Assembly (NCBI GenBank): GCA_013289395.1
Contig: JABCZY010000002.1
Location: 1-57,602 of the forward strand
From: Bacteroidota bacterium
GTDB lineage: Bacteria > Bacteroidota > Bacteroidia > JABEUT01
Reading direction: 5' to 3'
Length of the DNA: 57,602 bases
In this document: positions 55,301 to 57,602 of the stretch, in pieces
Layout of the letters: each line of letters starts with the position of its first letter
Position numbering within the stretch: position 1 is the first letter of the stretch
The notes under the pieces: generated by a model
Database searches by the model: none
Told to the model about the DNA's origin: nothing
What the model saw: the letters and a program-made list of their open reading frames with translations, nothing else
Translations under genes and position numbers: made by a program

Positions 55301-57099
55301 ATGGAGGCCCTCAGCAAAGCAGTGATACAGGCAAGAATCTTTGTGCAGCCAAATACTTTTACATGGTGACCGATAGTAATCTATGCCAGCTAACTGACAC
55401 CACTACTATAACACAACCTACAGTTATTACTGATACCGCTACAGTTACAAAAGCTACATGTGCAGGATTATGTAATGGAACTATTACTCTTCACGTACAT
55501 GGCGGCACGCCTCCTTATAAATATTTATGGTCCAGTGGAGTGCCTTCGACAACAAATTCAGCAGGTGGATTGTGTGCCGGTATATATACCATTACTGTAA
55601 CGGATGCAGATAATTGTTCCCTGATCGAGATGGATACCGTTCAGCCTAGTATAACCATATTGCCTCACCAGATCACTGTAAATCCTTTATGTTATGATAG
55701 TTGCACAGGAAGTGCTTCCTTATCACCTTCAGGCGGTACATCACCATACACATTTACCTGGAGCAATGCTGCAACCACTTCAAGCCTTTCGAATTTATGT
55801 GCGGGCACATATACTGTAATCATTACCGATCAAAATAGTTGTGTAGCGCAGGATACGGCAAAGATCATACAGCCTTCCGCTCTGGCAGCCGTGTTTAAAG
55901 TAACGGCAATAACCTGTAACGGAGATTGTAATGGAAAAATAGTTGCGGCCATTTCAGGCGGTACCCCCGGATATACATATATGTGGAATACAACACCGGC
56001 ATTAACAACTGACTCTGTTATGAATTTGTGCCCGGGCAGAGATACAATACATGTAACAGATCTGAATGGCTGTCCATTTGACACTAGCATTGCACTGGTT
56101 AACCCTCCGGCACTTCACCATATCGATACTATAACCAATGCATCGTGTAATACAACTGCCGATGGCAGTGTAATGGTAACTGTAACCGGCGGAACACAGC
56201 CTTATGTATTTAGTTGGTCAACTGGTTTAACTGCATCGGGCGTTACTACGTCAACCCTTAGCAACCTGAAACCAGGCACCTATATTTTATCATTAACTGA
56301 TTCTGTAAAATGCGATTTTACTGATACCGTAAAAGTTATTGCTGATACAACTGTACTTGCCAATGCAGGTACCGATACATCTGTTTGTTCCGGCATTTCA
56401 GTAACCCTTAATGGAGCAGCAAGTATTAATGCAAAGGGATACCAATGGTTCTCTTTACCTGCTCCGGGAACATTCGTAGGTTCTACGTCAAGTGTTGCCA
56501 TTTCACCTGTTGCAACTACAACATATATGCTCGTAGCCTCTGACGGTACTTGCCGCGATACAAGTCAAATAACTGTAACTGTCAACCCGCTGCCTGTAAT
56601 AAATCCCGGAAACGCACAAACTATATTCACAGGGCTTGCTCTTACACTGGGAGGATCACCCACTTCTTCTGCTGGCTCAACATATATATGGAGGCCTTCA
56701 GCGGGAATGAATGACAGTACATCATCCAATCCTGTTACTACACCAACTGTAACTACTGTATTTACGGTTATCGTAACCAATGCATTTGGATGTGTGGCCA
56801 CCGATACTGTTAGCGTTTTTGTAATACCGCAGTTTGTACCGCCGGATGGGTTTACGCCTAATGGTGATGGCATAAACGATGTGTGGACCCTTAGTCAGCT
56901 GGCAAATTTCCCTAATGCAAGTGTTGAAATATTCAACAGATGGGGCGAAAGAATTTACCATTCCGTTGGATATAAGATACCATGGGATGGCACTTACATG
57001 CATGAACAATTGCCTGTAGGAACCTATTATTATGTTGTTAACCTGAATGACCCTCGTTTCCCGAAAGCGTATACAGGGCCGGTAACTATAATGAGATAA
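49312..57099 (+). CDS. Giant SprB-repeat cell-surface adhesin (~2,595 aa) with a T9SS type-B (CHU_C / gliding-motility-associated) C-terminal sorting domain
   Basis: ATG at 49312 gives MLRKIFIHTSIFLLFFLSLAFNGMAG. The N-terminal ~270 aa begin GTLYWVGNGGNWNDASHWS. I count 27 tandem ~78-aa units of the form C.G.CNG.A...GG.PPYTY.WSNGQTT....NLCAGTY.VTVTD.NGC. Two Ig-like domains follow. The C-terminus is FVPPDGFTPNGDGINDVWTLSQL...VEIFNRWGERIY...WDGTY...LPVGTYYYVV. Confidence 0.85.
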   Translation: MLRKIFIHTSIFLLFFLSLAFNGMAGTLYWVGNGGNWNDASHWSHTSGGNGGAGIPTYTDDVFFDLNSFSNPYEQVTITGTALCHTLQTLRDIDNPVLEGNSASAIDIYGSLLLEGHLDYQFQGSLNLKSSQQGNVINTGCRKLGPVSFDGSGSWKMYTMLDASTITVNSGQLIANGFEIACGNLTITGNSTKTIDITHSILFIEQQVNQQNFSNLNIVSPKGKIYFQHYQVSDLNATTHSTHHVTSVDSSHFGQTNLTCHYSSNPAACDSLGGGLAPCNGSAWITKVYPTAGGPYSYQWSTGSTATTDTITGLCSVNVNYQIYDSSDGSLSAPNYITISEPSKLAIAYTPKQPTCATSCNGSIHYCVTGETPSYTYSWYNGGPKGSTPGCPTYLNYTNLCNGSYKIHIQDVNGCHNTLAPITISYTVTVKSIVSHSNPTCNSNCNGTATAVGSSGHGAPYTYVWEAPKQTTQTATGLCAGTYTVVVYDSLLCTDTATVLITAPTPVSVSIPTPTNVTCHGLCNGSATANPSGGTPVPGYTYKWTPSNQTTQTATNLCAGVYKVVVADGNGCKDSNTVTITQPSALTIQSITASPNPLLCNGNCNATASVTVLAGSGTPGYTYAWNNGSTNFTNTNTSVSGLCVGKYIVTVTDAQSCTIKDSVTITQPNPITITNVIVEPKCHGGATGSICPTAKNGTPPYTYSWAPGGQTTACINGLTAGIYTLTVTDKNGCSDTSKVTLTDPSAVTIATTNTPPTCFSNCNGSATATASNGNGAPYTYLWSNGKTTTNIINLCAGSYNITAADDSGCTSTTTVTIIAPSSVGILISNQVNVTCNGLCNGKVSAAASGGTPGYTYKWSNGQTTTTATNLCAGVYKVVATDANGCKDSTNVTITQPNPLATITTASPNPLHCNGDCNATASITKITGGTAPYSYLWSNLTIGPNDPNLCAGKYIVTVTDAQSCKIKDSVTITQPTGLSVALNPPPVSPVCNGACTGIISTITTGGSPAYSYLWEPTGQSTAKIKNLCAGTYTLYASDKNGCIDSATVVTLTQPMAISAGLTISEATCNGTCDGKAVANVSGGTPGYTYNWNGGVTQTTDSITGLCANANDSMRVNDANGCSSSVFFGVTQPPILSTAIKSQNTSCVACNGNARVIVHGGTPPYVYSWNTSPVQSTDSASNLCPGTYTVTVKDADSCVITQPVTIVPTVTITITSSATGLSCFGSCNGTASANASGGNPPYIYSWSNGQTTSTASNLCAGTYYITVHDNGGCTNSDSVVFSNPPQLAGSTSQTNISCNGACVGTAEDTVTGGTPPYTYLWSNGQTTSTASGLCQGVNTVKVTDFNGCSIINSVTITEAPPLASNPTVFQPTCKFANGYIKVSPTGGVGKYTYLWNNGSTKDSIGSLFAGTYTVTITDSLGCNHAFAIALSNSSGATLVSYIKKMTCWTLCDGSDSVAVTAGTGPYSFSWSTGSTTSSISGLCAGPYICTITDGNGCLTSESDTIKKPKPISPGITVQNVSCNGANDGSISLGVSGGNGGYSFTWAPNVSTTSTANNLIPGTYTITIGDSKGCDTAFTVKITQPNLLTVAMSSTNVTCNGSCNGTATGSVHGGTLPYIYSWTNGGVDSNIVNLCPNSYTLSVTDVNGCAASGNVTITQPAPLKDSMSHTNDSCYLESDGTATMTLKGGTSPYAYSWTGGSTTSSVAGLSAALYVVTATDKNLCTVVDSVTITQPAQITISVVPVNSTCNGDCNGSITANPSAGTSPYTYAWSNGETTSSAIGLCATTYTVVVTDANKCTATKDTSVGQPPKLNNLVTGSNTLCPSSCDGTAQSKPSGGKAPYTYSWSNGASTSSITNLCAATYTIVVTDANLCTDTGTIIIANPSPVTPNVSTSASNCGAVCNGVISLSPSGGTAPYKFVWNTGQTTDSITNRCAGLYTYTVTDANLCVATFTTILTNSSGPTAVGLTTVNDSCNGKCDGRIILSPITGGAAPFTYSFNGGPQQSSDTGKNLCAAKYFYMVTDSNLCQLTDTTTITQPTVITDTATVTKATCAGLCNGTITLHVHGGTPPYKYLWSSGVPSTTNSAGGLCAGIYTITVTDADNCSLIEMDTVQPSITILPHQITVNPLCYDSCTGSASLSPSGGTSPYTFTWSNAATTSSLSNLCAGTYTVIITDQNSCVAQDTAKIIQPSALAAVFKVTAITCNGDCNGKIVAAISGGTPGYTYMWNTTPALTTDSVMNLCPGRDTIHVTDLNGCPFDTSIALVNPPALHHIDTITNASCNTTADGSVMVTVTGGTQPYVFSWSTGLTASGVTTSTLSNLKPGTYILSLTDSVKCDFTDTVKVIADTTVLANAGTDTSVCSGISVTLNGAASINAKGYQWFSLPAPGTFVGSTSSVAISPVATTTYMLVASDGTCRDTSQITVTVNPLPVINPGNAQTIFTGLALTLGGSPTSSAGSTYIWRPSAGMNDSTSSNPVTTPTVTTVFTVIVTNAFGCVATDTVSVFVIPQFVPPDGFTPNGDGINDVWTLSQLANFPNASVEIFNRWGERIYHSVGYKIPWDGTYMHEQLPVGTYYYVVNLNDPRFPKAYTGPVTIMR
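50110..56340 (+). repeat. 27 in-frame tandem SprB-type coding repeats (~234 nt each)
   Basis: Counted by the recurring (P/G/A)(Y/F)(T/S/I/V/K/A)(Y/F)xW motif: PYSYQW, SYTYSW, PYTYVW, GYTYKW, GYTYAW, PYTYSW, PYTYLW, GYTYKW, PYSYLW, AYSYLW, GYTYNW, PYVYSW, PYIYSW, PYTYLW, KYTYLW, PYSFSW, GYSFTW, PYIYSW, PYAYSW, PYTYAW, PYTYSW, PYKFVW, PFTYSF, PYKYLW, PYTFTW, GYTYMW, PYVFSW. Confidence 0.85.
56785..56837. repeat. Left arm of a perfect 53-nt inverted repeat (inside the adhesin gene, just before its sorting domain)
   Basis: The reverse complement of TTTGGATGTGTGGCCACCGATACTGTTAGCGTTTTTGTAATACCGCAGTTTGT equals nt 57550-57602 base for base (checked by hand). Confidence 0.9.
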
Positions 57100-57111
57100 T
57101 AAAATATTACA

Positions 57112-57602
57112 ATGAGTAAACTAAAATATATACTTGTAGCGCTCTCATTACTGCTCAGCATTTTCAACATGCAGGCACAGCAGTTACCGCAATACAGCCA
57201 GTATATGTTAAATGACTTTTCAATGAACCCGGCCATAGCGGGTACCCAGCCTTATTTTGAAGTTAAATCAGACAATCGGTATCAATGGGTTGGCATAACC
57301 GATGCACCCAGAACATATATGCTTACCTTCGATGGGCCTTTAACGGATAAACACATTGGTATAGGTGCTTACCTCTACTCAGATATTACGGGCCCTACCA
57401 GGCGCACTGGTTTTGATGTTTCGTATTCATACCACATGAAGATAAACAGCTGGCTCAATGCATCGCTGGGCCTGACTACCGGCATACTTCAGTTTGCAGT
57501 AGACGGACAAGAAATAGCATTAAATGAACCGGGCGATCCGGCACTTACAACAAACTGCGGTATTACAAAAACGCTAACAGTATCGGTGGCCACACATCCA
57601 AA
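57112..57602 (+). CDS. sprF: PorP/SprF-family T9SS outer-membrane protein. Partial: it runs off the window, and its last 53 nt belong to the inverted repeat. Not in the ORF track.
   Basis: Hand translation gives MSKLKYILVALSLLLSIFNMQAQQLPQYSQYMLNDFSMNPAIAGTQPYFEVKSDNRYQWVGITDAPRTYMLTFDGPL..GIGAYLYSDITGP... The QQ.PQYSQYM.N....NPA.AG and YR.QW.G...AP.T motifs are family hallmarks. It lies 12 nt after the adhesin stop. Confidence 0.75.
   Translation, partial: MSKLKYILVALSLLLSIFNMQAQQLPQYSQYMLNDFSMNPAIAGTQPYFEVKSDNRYQWVGITDAPRTYMLTFDGPLTDKHIGIGAYLYSDITGPTRRTGFDVSYSYHMKINSWLNASLGLTTGILQFAVDGQEIALNEPGDPALTTNCGITKTLTVSVATHP
57550..57602. repeat. Right arm of the perfect 53-nt inverted repeat, truncated by the window edge
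   Basis: Exact reverse complement of 56785-56837. The match stops at the inner boundary (57549 does not pair with 56838) and may continue beyond the window. Confidence 0.9.

Noticed and set aside
50110-56340. Regular ~234-nt periodicity that could be mistaken for a CRISPR or satellite array
   Set aside because: The units are diverged, in frame, and translate into a conserved Cys-framed protein repeat within a single 7.8-kb ORF. There are no identical short direct repeats separated by unique spacers, and no cas genes.
1-57602. I searched the whole window for mobile elements, prophage genes, tRNA or rRNA genes, CRISPR-Cas, restriction-modification, toxin-antitoxin or other defence systems
   Set aside because: No transposase, integrase, recombinase, reverse transcriptase, nuclease-helicase defence pair or cloverleaf-like tRNA sequence was recognised by eye. 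The only helicase is a canonical UvrD/PcrA. Absence is based on manual reading and should be confirmed with tRNAscan-SE, ISfinder/ISEScan, and DefenseFinder or PADLOC.

Overview
This window looks like an AT-rich chromosomal segment of a gliding, T9SS-bearing Bacteroidota bacterium, probably Chitinophagia- or Sphingobacteriia-like. The supporting evidence is TAnnTTTG-type -7 boxes, almost no Shine-Dalgarno sequences, many lipoprotein or 'AQ' signal peptides, and T9SS C-terminal sorting domains. I recognise about 55 CDS and one ncRNA (SRP RNA). All family calls come from reading motifs by eye; no searches were run.

Housekeeping blocks:
- rimP-nusA-infB-yggS
- uvrD/pcrA
- dut
- purN
- bioF-bioD
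- nth
- msrB
- an ABC-F ATPase
- an MlaEFD-like transporter
- a TPR / DUF4292 / degenerate-M23 envelope module

Accessory and cell-surface content:
- a two-component tail followed by a DUF3494 ice-binding-family lipoprotein
- three T9SS type-A cargo proteins: a C10 cysteine protease, an M43 metalloprotease, and a 981-aa Ig-repeat protein
- four tandem FKBP-type PPIase genes
- a GldB-like lipoprotein
- a roughly 2,600-aa SprB-repeat adhesin with a type-B (CHU_C) sorting domain, followed by a PorP/SprF-family gene that runs off the window

I found no transposase, integrase, CRISPR array, tRNA, rRNA, or recognisable defence or toxin system, and I cannot point to a clearly novel multi-gene system.

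The most unusual sequence-level signal is a perfect 53-nt fold-back at the 3' edge. Window nt 57550-57602 are the exact reverse complement of 56785-56837 inside the adhesin gene. This is either an inversion or rearrangement breakpoint or an assembly/MDA chimera.

Other points worth a second look:
- a shared 35-nt promoter-like motif in front of the ice-binding and porin genes
- an lmo0937-type mini-protein and a fused paralogue
- three Lys-rich secreted mini-proteins
- a TPR-PD40 protein with a triple SPOR-like tail
- a weak terminator in the rimP-nusA leader
- a nested palindrome downstream of the sigma-factor gene
- a four-repeat higher-order duplication inside the giant adhesin
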